64,000 nucleotides of DNA from Polymyxa betae A26-41. Taxonomy: Eukaryota > Protista > Endomyxa: Phytomyxea. Location of the stretch: assembly GCA_003693705.1 (NCBI GenBank), contig RBZT01000219.1, positions 1-64,000 on the forward strand. Direction: 5' to 3'. Positions 24,033 through 38,030 of the stretch are shown here, in pieces. The notes under the pieces were generated by a model. The model did no database searches, was not told the origin of the DNA, and saw nothing but the letters and a program-made list of their open reading frames with translations. Position numbers and translations under genes: made by a program. How positions within the stretch are numbered: the stretch's first letter is position 1; every line of letters starts with the position of its first letter.

Positions 24033-24648
24033 CTCAGTTTCAACAGCTAAAAAGCAAACTAGAATGGCACACTACTGTGTTTTTACCACGTAATATACTA
24101 TGGAACCTGCATTTATTCTGTCTGACAGTTCTTCAACTAATTCATTGGGCCATAATCGCCATCAATTTGAGGACGTTATGATCAAGGTTTCTCGTTTGGT
24201 ATAGAAAACGCTGGTATGTTAGGGGATGTCCTTAGTTTTTATAACAATGAAATATGACCTGATTCGAAATGGGTAATGGCAAACATAGCCACGAACGAAA
24301 ACGATGATAACACCTTCATTGAAATGTAGCTACAACCTGGCAGCATTTCAGCCATAATGTTTCTTGTCCGGATTCGATCAAAATTCAAAAGCATGCCTTG
24401 TTTTCTGCCATCTTTATTGCACAAAATACAATGCAAGACGTTTCATTTGTATTTCAACCATAAGGTGAATGACAGTTCTGTTTATTCTTTACATCGAAAT
24501 GAAAACATAACCCTCCGAATGCGAAAAGAAAATTGGAGGGATTCGGACATCATGAACTCGGAGTGCATAATCAATTATTTATAGGCGCACAAGTTCTGAA
24601 ACTCAGATATCAATAGAGTATTCTTCACACATTATTGAAATCAACTCC

Positions 24649-26049
24649 ATGCCGCGATCTAAACCGCGCACAAGCAGCCCGCAAGGCGTTCGCCGCTCCA
24701 CGCGCTTGATAGATGTAATCAACGGCACGACTGGCCCTAGAAAGAGTCGCGCCTCTTTGCAGTCGAAAAACGAAGAGCCTCTGAGTTCGAATGGTGGCCG
24801 TAAACGCTCTGTTTCCAAAAAGAAACCCAAACTGGACAAACATGAAAACGAATCAAAAGGAACGGAGCAGAAGGCAACTTCAAGAAAGGTCAAAGACTCA
24901 GAGAAGAAAGTGAAAGAGCCCAAAAAGACATCTTTGAAGAAAGCTTCAGCTTCAGTTGGCAAAACAAAGCCCAAAGGAAACCCCAGACCGGAGCCGAAAA
25001 CCAGATCGAGATCTGTGCCGGCAACGAAGCGAGCCTCCAGTCGTTCAAAGTCGGCACCGGCAAGGCGTTCTAAGAAGGAAGCAGCCGCTTCACCAAGTGC
25101 ATCCGGCAAAGCTGACAAAAAGCGCTCCCGCTCGGGGAGACCATCGCGTGCGAAAGGCAGCAAAATTCGCGACGACGTCGGTGAAGTGAAACCTGGAGGT
25201 TTAGTCTCTGCATTAGGAAAACGTAAGACGCCCTGGGAAGTAAGTGACGATGAAGCCCACAAACGTCGCCAGCGCGCTCACCAGCATCGTCTTTTCCTGG
25301 TAAGTGTATCTATGTGGCATTCATGAGCGTCTCTCATTCTGGTCACAGGTTGGACGTCGCGATTCTGCTCAAGACTTAGCTGATGATAATCTGACCTACA
25401 TTGTCATGGGCACGACCGGCAACATCTATTATGCCACGCTGTCGCCTAAAACGATTCGATGTACATGCGTCGACCAGCGTGTTCGCAAAGGTGAGTGTCA
25501 TTCTACAATTTGTATCTGCTGCCTGATGACTAACATCATGCTGTAGTATTCTGTAAGCATATTCTGTTCGTCTTGTTGAAGGTCTTGAAAGTCCCCGAAA
25601 CCCACCCAGTCGTCCGCCGAAAATTCGCTGAAATTTCAGCGGAAGAACTCGCTGAAATCTACCAGATATCTCGACACAGCCAGCCCGACCAAGGTGCTGT
25701 CGCTCCCGATGGCGTTCGTAAGGCCTGGCAGAGTGCTACCGGCCAGGCCCCGACTTTAGAAGATCAAGAACCTGCTGAACCGGCGCCCCAACGTGAGATT
25801 GCTTCTGATGATGATTGCCCGATCTGTTTCGAGCCGTTAGACAGCGGTGAACCGTTACAATATTGTAAAGGGTCATGCGGACGCAGCGTCCATGCCGAAT
25901 GCTTCGCTAAATGGGCAGCTCGAAAGAAAAAGGATAACGAACCGGTTACTTGTGTCTATTGTCGACAGGCGTGGATCGGCGAAAAAACGGATGAAGATCG
26001 TACGATCAAACGGAAGCGCCTGAACCTGGAAGATTATGTTGAAGCATAA
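24649..26049 (+). CDS. SWIM zinc finger + RING finger protein with basic low-complexity N-terminus
   Basis: VMGTTGNIY...CTCVD.../CKHILFVLLKVL (SWIM); CPICFE...CKGSCGRSVHAECFAKW...CVYCR (RING); 3 exons. Confidence 0.85.
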
Positions 26050-26406
26050 ATGCTTTTGCATCTATATCAGCAATCGGAGATTTTTCTATTTAAGCTTAAA
26101 TTTATACATACCGGGCATGAAAGTTTGCGAAAAGTACAGTGTTACGAATGGCAAGAGAGAAAGATAGCGATGGGCCAGTATCATGTTTGATACTATATGG
26201 TTTACTTGTCGGGTTTGGCGTAATAGTGTGAAATTGCTCCAGCAAGTTATGTTACGTGGTACCTTTGCTGGACCCAGTCGAAAATGTGTTTTTAACGCGG
26301 CCTCCTGGTCGAAATCGGAAATTGTCGAGTGTGTTGCGGGCTGCCCCAGCTGGAGGCTGCCCTCGTTGTTCATTTCCTTTTGGATTTGTGATGTGATTGG
26401 CTTCTC

Positions 26407-27516
26407 ATGGCCGACCAGCTTCTGCAATGTTTCCCTGGCGATGATCAATCATCTCTGGCTGGTTGGCTTGACAACACATACGATTATCTGTCTAAGACGA
26501 ATTCGACTGTAGATTCCAAGCTTGCAGATCTTCTGGTTCATATTTATAAGTTTAAACCGTCGTTAAGACTAACGATTCCTTCTTTGCTTCGATCTGTCGT
26601 ATGGTGTGCTGCTCGTGGTCATGCGCGATCCTCTCAAACTTTAGCGAGATCTTCGCTTCTCAGTATTTCTTGGTATTCTGGCGTCCCGCTCATTGTAAAG
26701 CGTTCTTCCTTAGCAAGATCAGTTATGAAACAGCCTGAAGATCAATGCCTTTCAAAGCTTGATGATCTTATCCAATGCATTGCTCCGCCTATTTATTGCA
26801 TCGATAATATAGTCGACATGATGGTTGCATTTGTTGGCGAGAATTGCTTATCGTCCTTGATTGCGCTCACATCGCGATTAATTTCAGCATGGCTGAGAAC
26901 AGAAGGTGACTGGCGTATTGGCCGATTATTAGCTGCTATGCCCAGGGTATGGAATCGCTTGTGGCCTGATGTACCACCTCCTTTTCCTTCTGTTCTGTTT
27001 AATCTACTCTCATCGCCGACGACATTGAAACATATCGAGGCAGAAGTTCTAGAAGATGCTGATGATGACATTCGTGTGACATTGGCAGCGTTTCCCGAAT
27101 GGTTCGCGATGTCGGTTTTCACATTTCGGCCTGCCATTCCAAGCGTCATCTTGTCCAATCGCAGCAGTCGAGCAAGCTGCCAGAGATGGTTGACAAACAA
27201 CTTCTCGTCTGACGTCAACATTTCTGAATTTATCCGCACTGGAGGTGCTGCTGCGATTGCTGTCGGTGTCTTGCTTGTTCCGGTATCCGATGCTTTTTCT
27301 CAGCACGACCATTGGCCATATGATCGATTAATGACAGCTGTTGAACATTGGATTGACATTGCACCTGTTCTACCCAAAGCTAACCCAAGCGTAGGACTCG
27401 ATCGGCTTATTCGTGCTCTTCAGCTCGCCTCACAAACTGTTACTCATGAACTCATGGTTAGCGCTGAGGCGATCCGTGAAAGAGCGCTCACATTATGGGC
27501 TCAGTCTGATCAATGA
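26407..27516 (+). CDS. Hypothetical 369-aa helical protein, weak hyccin/FAM126 resemblance
   Basis: Long intronless ORF; the family resemblance rests on recalled terminal segments only. Confidence 0.55.
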   Translation: MADQLLQCFPGDDQSSLAGWLDNTYDYLSKTNSTVDSKLADLLVHIYKFKPSLRLTIPSLLRSVVWCAARGHARSSQTLARSSLLSISWYSGVPLIVKRSSLARSVMKQPEDQCLSKLDDLIQCIAPPIYCIDNIVDMMVAFVGENCLSSLIALTSRLISAWLRTEGDWRIGRLLAAMPRVWNRLWPDVPPPFPSVLFNLLSSPTTLKHIEAEVLEDADDDIRVTLAAFPEWFAMSVFTFRPAIPSVILSNRSSRASCQRWLTNNFSSDVNISEFIRTGGAAAIAVGVLLVPVSDAFSQHDHWPYDRLMTAVEHWIDIAPVLPKANPSVGLDRLIRALQLASQTVTHELMVSAEAIRERALTLWAQSDQ

Positions 27517-27658
27517 CCTCGTATTCAGCAACAAATAACTTCACGTTTAAAACGTTTTGCAGTTCTGATATTCGATTTCAGTCATCATGCTGGTCCGGAC
27601 CTTTTCAAGAGTGAAAAAATCTTAGCACGACGCGCGCCAGTGTTGTACTGACAAATCG

Positions 27659-28846
27659 ATGGATGATTTACCGCTTCGGCTAACGCTGCGGTTTGGACAA
27701 CGCTTTGCTGATTTAACTGTTCCATCGCAATGTCAGTTAATTCAGGAGCCCCATATTTGGGCTGCTCTTGAGTTTGACTCCCTTCAAATTCAGTTTCTGA
27801 CGATAATTGGTTTGCAATCGCTGCAAAACCAGCAATTAGCTCCAATGTGCCGATTTCGTATCGAAGACTGCTGTTTGATTCGTATTCTCGTTGAAGATGA
27901 GGATCATGGTGAGAATACCGCAATCCTCACCGGCATCCCTGTCCAAAGCATCACCTCACATGGAATCATTTTTGACGTCATAACTGAAGATATTCGCGAG
28001 CGCTTATTGCTTAAACTGTCAGATGAACAGCATGCAAGCGCCCAACTCGTGTGGAACATGATCGCTCCTGATGGAGAAGATCAAGTTGCAATGGAGGTAG
28101 CTCGCGCCCGCATTCGCAAACAGCAGATGGAGCTAGCACTAGATTCTGCTCGTGCAAACCCATCGCAGCGTCGTATTATCGAGCAAATATGTGCTTTACA
28201 GAATGATCATGAGATGAAAATGTGGGAATCGCTTGATATCCGCCAAAGCGGGTACTTGACTCTCCACCATTTGCTGATGACTGTTGCTCAGTCAGAATTC
28301 CTGCTTGGGAATATTGATGAAAGCGAACAAAGATCTGAAGACATGATTGGACAGGGACTCAATGTCGCTACACAAACGAACAACGTTTCTGATAGTAGCG
28401 ATGACGAAGCCGCCACACTTGTCAGCTTAAACAATGATGCTTTTGAAGAAATCCAGCGTCAGGTTACCTACGTCACCATTCACAAAAAGCCCTTATTGTG
28501 GCGTCAACGTACATCCACTCGTCTAATGCTGCTGCATTCCTCACCTAGTGGCACGTTGCATGCAATTTGGCTGAAAAAACCGAACGCAACCTGGCTCAAA
28601 TGCGAAACGTTGTTAATATCGGACATTGTCTCTGTAATCTCGGGGGCAACCAATTTTCCAGGGCCCTCTGATCATAAAAACAATCGTCGTCAACGACGTG
28701 GTCTCAGCATCGAATTTCGAACGCCGCATTCTACTGAATGGATCCATATGTCAATGAGGAGAAGCAAAATCAGAGACGCATGGATTGCTGCCCTAAGGGC
28801 ATTAATTTCTCATAGGCAAATATCGAGCACTATTTCAAGTTCATAA
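27659..28846 (+). CDS. 395-aa protein with C-terminal PH domain and possible degenerate EF-hand
   Basis: LLISDIVSVISG...GLSIEF...IRDAWIAALRALI is a PLC/Num1-type PH end; WESLDIRQSGYLT is EF-hand-like. Confidence 0.65.
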   Translation: MDDLPLRLTLRFGQRFADLTVPSQCQLIQEPHIWAALEFDSLQIQFLTIIGLQSLQNQQLAPMCRFRIEDCCLIRILVEDEDHGENTAILTGIPVQSITSHGIIFDVITEDIRERLLLKLSDEQHASAQLVWNMIAPDGEDQVAMEVARARIRKQQMELALDSARANPSQRRIIEQICALQNDHEMKMWESLDIRQSGYLTLHHLLMTVAQSEFLLGNIDESEQRSEDMIGQGLNVATQTNNVSDSSDDEAATLVSLNNDAFEEIQRQVTYVTIHKKPLLWRQRTSTRLMLLHSSPSGTLHAIWLKKPNATWLKCETLLISDIVSVISGATNFPGPSDHKNNRRQRRGLSIEFRTPHSTEWIHMSMRRSKIRDAWIAALRALISHRQISSTISSS

Positions 28847-29466
28847 CATCGTTTGCATTGAAGGTGTACTCTGCGCTGGCTGATGTAATGTAGCTAAAAT
28901 AATCACATTTCTAAATTATTTTTATGCATCAATTTCATTAGCGGAATGAAACCTCTAACGAAGCAGTGCCGCAAATGCATTCATGTGAGCGTCGCCTCGC
29001 ATGACTTGCTTTAATAAAGTAGAGCTTCCTCGAATACCACTTTATAATCACGTCTCACAACTCCCAACTAGATCGCCACACTGGTATCATCAACTGAAAG
29101 CAGAATGTTCAAACGGGACTTCGGGAACCCAAGCTGGGAGTGACTTCCGATATGAATCATTCACATTTTCATCGTTGAGGCTGAAGTGACTGAACGACAC
29201 TTCAATAAATATCAAGCATGGAGGCTTACCGAAGATGTTTTCACAACATTTGTTATCTTCATCCAGCTGTTTTCTGCTAGCTGCTTCAGCAATAAAAACG
29301 CCAAAATCTATTGTAGTCGTGGATCTGCGGTAGCACCTTGGGTGCGCGAGAATTTCTACAACGGTGCAACCCTGTGCTGAGAGTTGGCTTCTGATTCATC
29401 GCTACTCTTCTCACCGATCCATGGTGAGCCTATCATCTTGATTGACATACTAGGACCGACATTCAG

Positions 29467-31757
29467 ATGATAGCCTCCAATCATGTCTCACCAGATAGTG
29501 GAGTCCCTCTTCCTGCATTACTCGCGGATCACTTGCTATTTGTAGCAGCCGCTTCTCTTTTCGAGCAAATTCCGCTCTCGAATCCTGCTAGCACGTTGTC
29601 TCCTTCAACCATAATTTTTATCTTACAAGCATTGCTTGCCCTTCTGTTTAATGGCAGGAGGCTTTGGAATGTAAACAGGAAAGTGACTCGAAGACAAATG
29701 TCCTCGGCTGGGATTATGGCACTTGCTCTGATTTTTCAGCTGATGTGGATACTTTCTTCTGTCTCACGCCTTGGCGTATTTCAGACAGCTACTGTGTATT
29801 TCCTCTTTGAGATTCTTGTAGAAGTAACTCCACTGTTCGACATTGTGCAAAAGACATTTTTGTCTTCGCGGTTATCCCCAACCGCTCGAAAGAAAGGCCC
29901 TCAAGCCAGAAGAAAACCTGTCATCTTTCTAATTTGTGCATCTTTTATAGTAATTTGTTTATTCACAAGGCCCGATTCGACTACTAAAGCAGGTTTGCTG
30001 TTTAGCAAAAGCTGATCGGTTATCAACGTTAAGCTTTGTATAACAGATCCTTCGAACGATGCGGAGGAATCGCTGCATTTCTTATATTTGCCTGATTCTA
30101 GGCTTATATATGACAATGTTAAGGCCATATTCTATGTTTGCATCGCATCATTGATTGGCTATGTGAACCGGGGGTTCATGTCTGGTGGGATTAGAGCAAC
30201 CGGGTTTTCAAGCCTGAGGAGGGCGTATGGAATCTATCTTTGCCTTGCTGCATTCTTGCTGGTACCTGTCAATCTACTGTATCATCTATTATATCGTGGC
30301 GATAACGTCCAGCGGGAGTTCAGTAGCTCGTGGCTGCTATTTTATCCCTTAGCAGCCGCTGTATGGTTCCTGTTCAATTCACCTAACAGAGTACGGGGAT
30401 GGAAAATCCATTAGCATCAGTTTTAAATTCTGTTTAGGATCGCCCGCCCTCATCACGTTCATTGGTTGCTTTCGGCTCTATGGTCATTGGTTGCTTGCTC
30501 TTTGGGGTGATGTTACGTCGCGAATCAATATTTACTTTAGCTGAGGCCGCTGTTGCTTTGCTGTCCGGGTGTTCTATCTTAGCCCTAACATCGACTTCTG
30601 GAATCCCCTACCAGATCGATTTGTCATTTGCTCCCAACGAGCTCCGTTCCATTTTCCGCCATGTTATGGAAAGGCCGACTACAAGGAAAATCTTCATTTT
30701 TCTGTGCATGAATTTTGCTTTCACCTTTGTCGAGATCGTGTATGGTTACTGGACGAATAGCATTGGGTTGATTTCGGATGCTGTTCACATGCTATTCGAT
30801 TGCACTGCTCTAGCGATCGGGCTCTATGCATCTTACGTGTCACGAATGAAGGCAAATGATGAGTTTCCATACGGCTATGGTCGATTCGAGGTCGTCTCTG
30901 GCTACGTTAACGGAACATTCCTGGTCTTCATCAGCTTCAGTGTTTTTGTTGAATCTGTAGAAAGACTCTTCGACCCGCCTGATATCAAAGGAGCCGAGAT
31001 CCTGGTCGTCGCTGTCCTGGGCTTATTGATCAATATTGTCGGTTTAATTTTCTTTCGAGAGGCGCATAGCCACAGTCATGGAGCCGATGGTTGCCACAAT
31101 CATAACAGCAATATGCAAGGCATATTTCTGCATGTTCTTGCCGATGCATTGGGTAGTGTTGGTGTCATTATTTCGTCGCTTCTTGTCCATTTCTTCAACT
31201 TCACAATTGCGGTAATGATGATGTTATGCTTTATGCTTGGAATCCAATCAATTTTTTAGGATCCGATCTGCTCGCTGATTATTGCGGTTCTAATCTTATC
31301 CAGTGTCGTCAACCTTTTGAAAGAAACATCGCTTATACTATTACAGCGGTCTCCACCAGACCTCAATAAGTCCATTCCTAAGGTTCTAAACAAAATTTTA
31401 TCGATCAAGGGGGTCGTCGGGTTCCGTGATTTCAACATATGGTCGTTTCGTTCTGATGAAAGAATCAGTTCGATCTGCGTTCATGTTGATTCCGGTGCCG
31501 TTGGACAAGCGGTTCTCTCCGATATCAAGGCGGTTCTTAGGAAGTTAGGAATTCAGCACGTTTCTGTTCAGATCGAATCTGATGAATTCGTCTCGCGTTT
31601 GGAGCCAGAAATGCGAACACGATATCGTAGAGTGGAATCGGCTCTACAGGGCTCCCTCGATTCAGACGAGAGTATAACATCGGATTCAAATTCACATAGC
31701 CATGGACATAAATGTCATGGTCATAGCCATTCGGATCATTCTCATTCTCACAGCTAA
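29467..31757 (+). CDS. Cation diffusion facilitator zinc transporter (ZnT5/ZnT7/Msc2 type)
   Basis: NSIGLISDAVHMLFDC, YGYGRFEVVSGYVNG, a His-rich loop, HVLADALGSVG, an extra N-terminal TM region and a His-rich tail. Confidence 0.92.
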
Positions 31758-32154
31758 CTCTATTACTGTCATCTATCACAGATAGTCATTTATTTAATAC
31801 AATGTTAAATTCCAAGGATCGTAACCAATTAATAATTAATTAGTAATCTCGAGTTTACAATCGTTTTGCTTTACGTTTGATTCTGCCACTTTTAAATGTT
31901 GTTCAATTAGGCAATCGTTCGTAACTATCTACTTTCCCAATCAAGCTCATGCTGTGTTTCTGCATGTTCTTGGCGAATCTGAAAATGATGGTCTAAATTT
32001 TAATTCAAATTCCTGGGGAGAAAGGTATTGCTGCAGTTCACAAAATCCCGACTGCCCCGTTATTGGAATTAGGGTTAGGGTTTTGCCACAGTTGCGCCGC
32101 GTTAATCCTTCTGATTTGTCATTCTTTGATTCTTTTGCTTCCGTGGTTACCGTG

Positions 32155-32721
32155 ATGTCATCCGGCTCCAAAATTCAGGCTTCCTGTATGACTGCTGGAG
32201 CGGTCTGTGGTTTAGGATGGTGGCTCTTTATTGACGGCGCTTCGATCGCTGCTCTTCTAGGCCGTCCAATCCTTTGGTGGTATACGATTCCAGGGATTCT
32301 AGCCACTTTCGCTGCTATGTAAGAACTCGTACCCTATCTGTGTATACGTTCCGGTTCCGGTGGCGAAGTTTTGTTAGATTGCTTTGTTGAATCTAATGAG
32401 ATTTTGTAGAATGATGATTGGTATCGATTGGGAGGCTTTAAGGGGAAGCGTTTTCGGGGGCGTTGAGGTTACTCAAGCGAGAGCTTGGTTTCTGCTGTCA
32501 ATTGGCATATTTACCTCAGCTCTGATTCTTGCAATGTAAGTAGCTAACCTTCTGACGTCACTATATTAAGATGCCTTAGATATATTCTTATATCGAGATA
32601 CACGGGTGAAAGCAATATCGGTGTTGATCCTTGGCCTGGCACGTCCATCGTAATTCAGACATTCCTGGTTTATATCAGTGCTATTATATTTGCCTCCGGA
32701 CGCTACGCCTATAGCAATTAG
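32155..32721 (+). CDS. TMEM50/Vps68 (UPF0220) membrane protein, 3 exons
   Basis: AGAVCGLGWWLFIDG...IPGILAT..MMIGIDW...ARAWFL...WPGTSIVIQT. Confidence 0.8.
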
Positions 32722-33405
32722 CGGCTTGCTACTGAATATAAGGATGTGTTGGGATTCTAACAGATTTCTACCGTTAAGACCTTTCCATTAATTAATATTA
32801 TCAATAATCACGAATACAACTTGCCATATTACAAATTCCCTTTCTTGGCCCTCTAATATCGTTCAGAGTTTGCGCTTTGTTACGTGGAACGGCTTTAGCA
32901 TGTTGGGTGTTCTTATTACTGTGTTTCATGTCAGATCTTAATATCATATATTAATAATTATTAAATACACTCGTCTGTTTGCATTTTTTCAGTTGCGTGC
33001 TATGACAAGCCGCAAAACAAATCAGTTATGATAGCTTCTCGTATGCGAAGTTCCTCTATTGGGATCATCGTAATGGGTTCATTCCGTCATTACCTAAATT
33101 CAAAGCAAACATTGTCATTGCATGAATCATAGCGCAATCAGCTTTGGCATTAAATTGAGCAGATATTTAATTTCGCAGCCTGTCGCATTACATTTCAATG
33201 TGAAAAACAACTAAAAAAAAACTACCGCGCATTTGTTCAATCTATATTTCTAACTTAAAAAAGTTTGGAGAATTTTTCGTAAAAATGTGACTTTATTAAC
33301 TGAATTAACAGGCAACAAGACCAGGTTGCAATTGGGGACGGTCAAGGCGGCATCGTTGGTCTCGACGACGTTCGCATGTCGCTGCGTGAAGTGACGATCT
33401 AATCT

Positions 33406-36400
33406 ATGGAACCTAGTGTCATCATCGCCTTGTCATACAGTGAAACCGTCGCCCAGCTATTACAGGCTCGCGATGTGACACCCTGTCAGGCATTTCAAGG
33501 ATCTGAACCAATTCGTATTGGTATTGCATCTTTTATCCCATTTTGTCATCTATTAAGCATAGTTTTGTTTTGAATTTCTTGTTGTGCCTGATCTCTTTTT
33601 CACGTGCCATTTGAACACGTTTGTATACGATTACTAGGCCTGTAAATGTTGATGAATCAGAATAAAGCGCACCGAGGCGTCTTCGTTACAGTTTTCAATG
33701 AATTTGAAATTGCTGCTCAGGGAGGACTTTCCATTCGGCGTCTCGAAACTTCTCCATCGAGAGATTATCGGTGGAGTTTATTCCGATCTCCAGAGTGTAT
33801 ACACAACCATCAGCACCTGTCATTCCAAGCCTGACCGATAAACCGGACGCCCTCAAGCGTGACTTCATTGTTCGAGAGCCATCCGATGCTATCGAGCTGT
33901 TCCAAACGATGCCCGATCCGACCCCGTGGTTTGCCACATTCGTGGCTGATCTGGAAGAGGCGCTGTTGTTTAACCCGCTCCAATTCGTTCACGAGCCGCT
34001 TTGTGTGGTCTGCGTCGCCTCCGAGGTGCCTTTGCTCCTGCTCATGATTCAATGATCGTCAATAACGACTGCTGCATAGGATGATCCCGATCCTGTAGCT
34101 GCATTATTTGAGCAAAAGGATGCCATCTCCAACCATCCCAGCTTGTTCTCTTCGTTATCTCCTGACACAACATTTCCGGTACGATTACGATCTCTCGTTT
34201 CTCGCTTCGTTTTTTGTCTTGACGAATGGAGGGGCCTTTTGTTTTCCTGAGTAGTTCATCGCGAATGTTTGTTTGAATCTCTCGGTTCATTGCATTGAGG
34301 ATTTTGATGTTCTGCGTTCGCAGATGAAATTCGTGCTGCTATCGGATGCCACTCTGAATGGCGCCAAATCCAAATCGCTATTCGAATCAATGCAGTCGTC
34401 TTTCCATCCATCAATGTGCTCAGTGCTTGGAGTTGATTTCAATACGATCTCTGCGACCAGCCTCAGTCCCATGATCCGCAATTTCGTCTTTGATTTACTG
34501 ACTCTCACTGTTCTGCCCGATCTCGAATTTCGAATACGATCTCTGAATACTTCGATTTCTAACGTCAGAAAAGGTTCACTCTATGCGTCACACAATTTGC
34601 CGTCTTAGATGATGATTTAGGGTTCCGAAATCAGTTAAAAAGTCTGTTTGGTGGCAGGAAAGTAGCTAAATCTGGTAGTTGGATATTTGATCGGCTGCTG
34701 TTTCTATTGTTCTAATGTTGTCTCTTAGAATTGGTAGCCGGTTTCAATCCCAGTGCTCCCGTTGAAATTCAGACTCGTCAGGTATGTTTGTATGCTGGCT
34801 TGGAGCTTAACATATTTAACGCTGTTAGCTCGCTGATTACGCGTATCTGATCGGGGACCTACCATTAGCGCTGGAGAACTATCGGCTATTCGCCAGCGAT
34901 TGTCGTGGGAAAGAACGTCTTCGTTGTGAGCTGGGCTTAGCCGAGACTGGTGCCGCTGTAAGTGCTGCCATAATACTGTCCCAATCTCCAGAGCTTGCTC
35001 CGTCATTAACGTGGGTCTTTCGTATTTTCGCTTATCTCATCTCGCGAATGTTAACCGGATCAGGATCCGCGATGTTGAACAAAGCCTGGACGCAGCAGTG
35101 CATGCATTTCTAGGCAGCGGTTTGCTGGCATGCGGTGCACGAGTTGCTGCATTGGCAGCGCTGCTCTCCAGGAACTTGCCCGGATTGTCTCGATTATCTG
35201 CCGCTTTGTTACTTCGTGTCGGATTCAAAGACTACGGCCCAATGTGTGCGTGTGTTTTTCTCGTTCAATTTGATATCGATCCTTTCAATTGTATCTTTCT
35301 GATGTATCTTTTCCCTATTTGTCTGTGAAATTCAAAATCATTCTAACGTTGGTTTTAGCTGCTCTGTTTCTGGAACAGGCCGCATTCGCTTTTCTGTGCG
35401 CTCGACCTCCATTGCATCGTCAGTATGCGTTCCATCTGACTCGCGCTGGTCATATGTACCAGAAACTGCAACTTCGTTTACACGCCATCCGATGCTACAA
35501 GGACGCTCTTTCCGTTTATTGTGGAAAGTTCGTGCTGGTAGCGATATCATGAAGCCCCTTTAATGAAGCTTTTCAGGTCGTGGAATCACATCGAAGATCA
35601 TATTCGTTTCAAATTGGGTCGCGAGTCGTTCAACGTCGGCGATTACGACACGTCGCTCTCCCATTACGTTTCGTTGGTCGGTGGTGGTCGTCAACGTCAG
35701 GAAACGTTTTTAAAAGAGTTCATTATTGTGGCGAAAAAGGCCGGCATGCTGGACCAAACATTCAAGTGCTCATGGAACGTGATTTAGGAGTAGTGCTGAT
35801 TGTCTGTGTACAGTGTACAGTTACCGAGGATTCGTGTGGTCGAAGTCGTGTTCGGTGATCGGTTCACATTGCCAAATGTTATAGCTGCCGACGTCTGGCT
35901 AAAACCGGAACTATACTTTAAGCATGGTTGGATGCTATTGTGATAACGTTGTATGTTCAATAATGATGTGTATTGTTCACATGTAGATCTACGATCATGT
36001 TGGGGGTTATGTCTCTGGACACAGCCGGTATCGGTTGGTTCCGTTATTACGGTTTCTTGCTGTGTGAGGAACCCGCTGCAGCTGACACTGCAGATGTCCC
36101 GATTCCGTCTTGATTGTCGATTGGACGGCGACGATGTCATTTTTTTATTCGTTTCCAATATTATTTGTTCAAATGTTCAATCAGAGTGCGGTTACCGTCT
36201 CGGAACACGATTTCGTGCTATCTGAAATGGGCTCGATCGACTTGACTTTAACTGTCAAATGCAACGCACCAGGTCGCTTGCAACTTCGTGGGTTTCGCTG
36301 GATGATCTTGGATGTAATCCAGGCCGAGTCTGCGTTTACTTATGCCCCAACAGGTCAGTTGGGCTGTGATGCTGGGCGTCCTTTACTTGAATTTGTACAG

Positions 36401-38030
36401 ATATATTCATCCCAAAGCAATTAAATCGGATTAAACGCTGGATGCAGGCTGGTGCTCATGTATCGCCACTTACACCTGTTCCATTACCACCCCAATGTCG
36501 ATTCCAAGTACGATCCAATCTTCTTATAACTCAGATTAGCATCGCTGACGTTATTTAAGGTTGTCGATTTCTCTCCTGGTCTGCCACACATTTCCTTATC
36601 GTTCTCCTCGTTACCGACCGAGATTCTACATGGCGAAATACAATTGGTTCATCTGGTTGTAGATCTATCATATCAAGAAGCACTACAAGCCGAGCTAAAG
36701 ATCACAAACTCGAAAGTATTACTGCTCGCTGCATCCGATAACAATCTCCAGCTGGCTCTAAATCCCGGCATGTATCTTCACCATAGTTCCTCGTTTTCCT
36801 ATTCTAAACATTGCTAGCAATCAGTTCCCATTCATGCTTTATGGTTCGAAATGCGGGCCAGCTCGGTTTCAACTTCTGGTGCGCTGTGAGACGATATCTA
36901 AAACGCTAAATCATTTAGTCACGTCGTTTACACATGATATGCTAATCCATCCGAGTCTGCATTTGGAGGCTTCAGTAAGGCTGGCGTCCGATAACATCCT
37001 GAACCGCGTTCTCGATCTCATCGTTGATAATCGCTGCCACGATTCTGAATTTCAAATTGAACAGATTACATTACTGAACCGGTATTGACGGCTGGGCAAA
37101 TGTTGACTGCCTGCCAATTGAAGTGTAATTCTAGGAGCGATGGATCCGGATACAATCTTGAGGATTTAGGATCGCAACGAATTCGGATTCAGGTTGGCGA
37201 GTCAGCCAATATACTTCAACGGCTGGTTCCCTCGACATTGAATCGATCTGAGCTTATTTACTGCGACCACGAAATTGATGGTGGGTCCTTCTCAATAACG
37301 CCGATACGGTTCAACATTTGTGCTTCATAGGCGAATCGATTCTGCAGCAGTTTGATCGAAATCAATGGCGGATCTGCCTCTATTGGCGTTCACAGGTGCA
37401 AGATCGCTATGGAATCGTCGATACAACGTTCGACCCCAGCAAAACTGCGGATGGATCGACCTGTCCTCTTCGAGTAACTGTCGACTTTGAGTCGCCTGTC
37501 TCTCACGATTTCACCAAAGAATTGTTCGTTAAAGATTGCTTGGGATATTTATCGCCTGATATCTGGTTTCAGACTTAAATTTGTTCCTGTCAACGTTTCG
37601 ATCTTCAACGGGACAAATAAGGCAATAACATTTGATTTTGAATGCCTTGATTACGATCAATTCTTTGATCCCGAGTACGTCATTGACGAGTTCTTCAGTG
37701 CTTGTCGTAACAGTTGTCTTTTCAGAACTCGCCAATTTCGTGTCGTTTCGAGCTCCTTTTGCGCTGGTCGGTATTTTTGGTCAGGTCTCTCTACCAGAAC
37801 AAACATTCAACTTGGTAACTTGCTAGCAGTCTTGTTTTTTAAGTTTATCCACTGTTATTTTAGAACCAGATCAAACCACAATTTTCATATTGAACGCCTG
37901 CTTTTCCAGCGCTGGTGTATTCAACTTGAATCGATTCAAGTTCATGATTCAGGCGGACGTTCCACGTTTGTTCTTCTTTCCTATACAGCGCTTAATTCAC
38001 GTCCTCAACCTCCAACCTGGCGCTTCATAG
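33406..38030 (+). CDS. TRAPPC8: TRAPP III subunit TRAPPC8/Trs85, many exons
   Basis: PTPWF...FVHEPLCVV, FLEQAAFAFL....RQYAFHL.RAGHMY...HAIRCY..A....SWNHIEDHI, VRNPLQL and a C-terminal AGVFNLNRF. Confidence 0.85.

Noticed and set aside
24603-25262. 219-aa minus-strand ORF
   Set aside because: Antisense shadow of the K/R/S-rich exon of the SWIM-RING gene.
36765-36820. Apparent GC-AG intron in TRAPPC8
   Set aside because: The reading phase fits the GT donor 4 nt downstream, so the intron is canonical.
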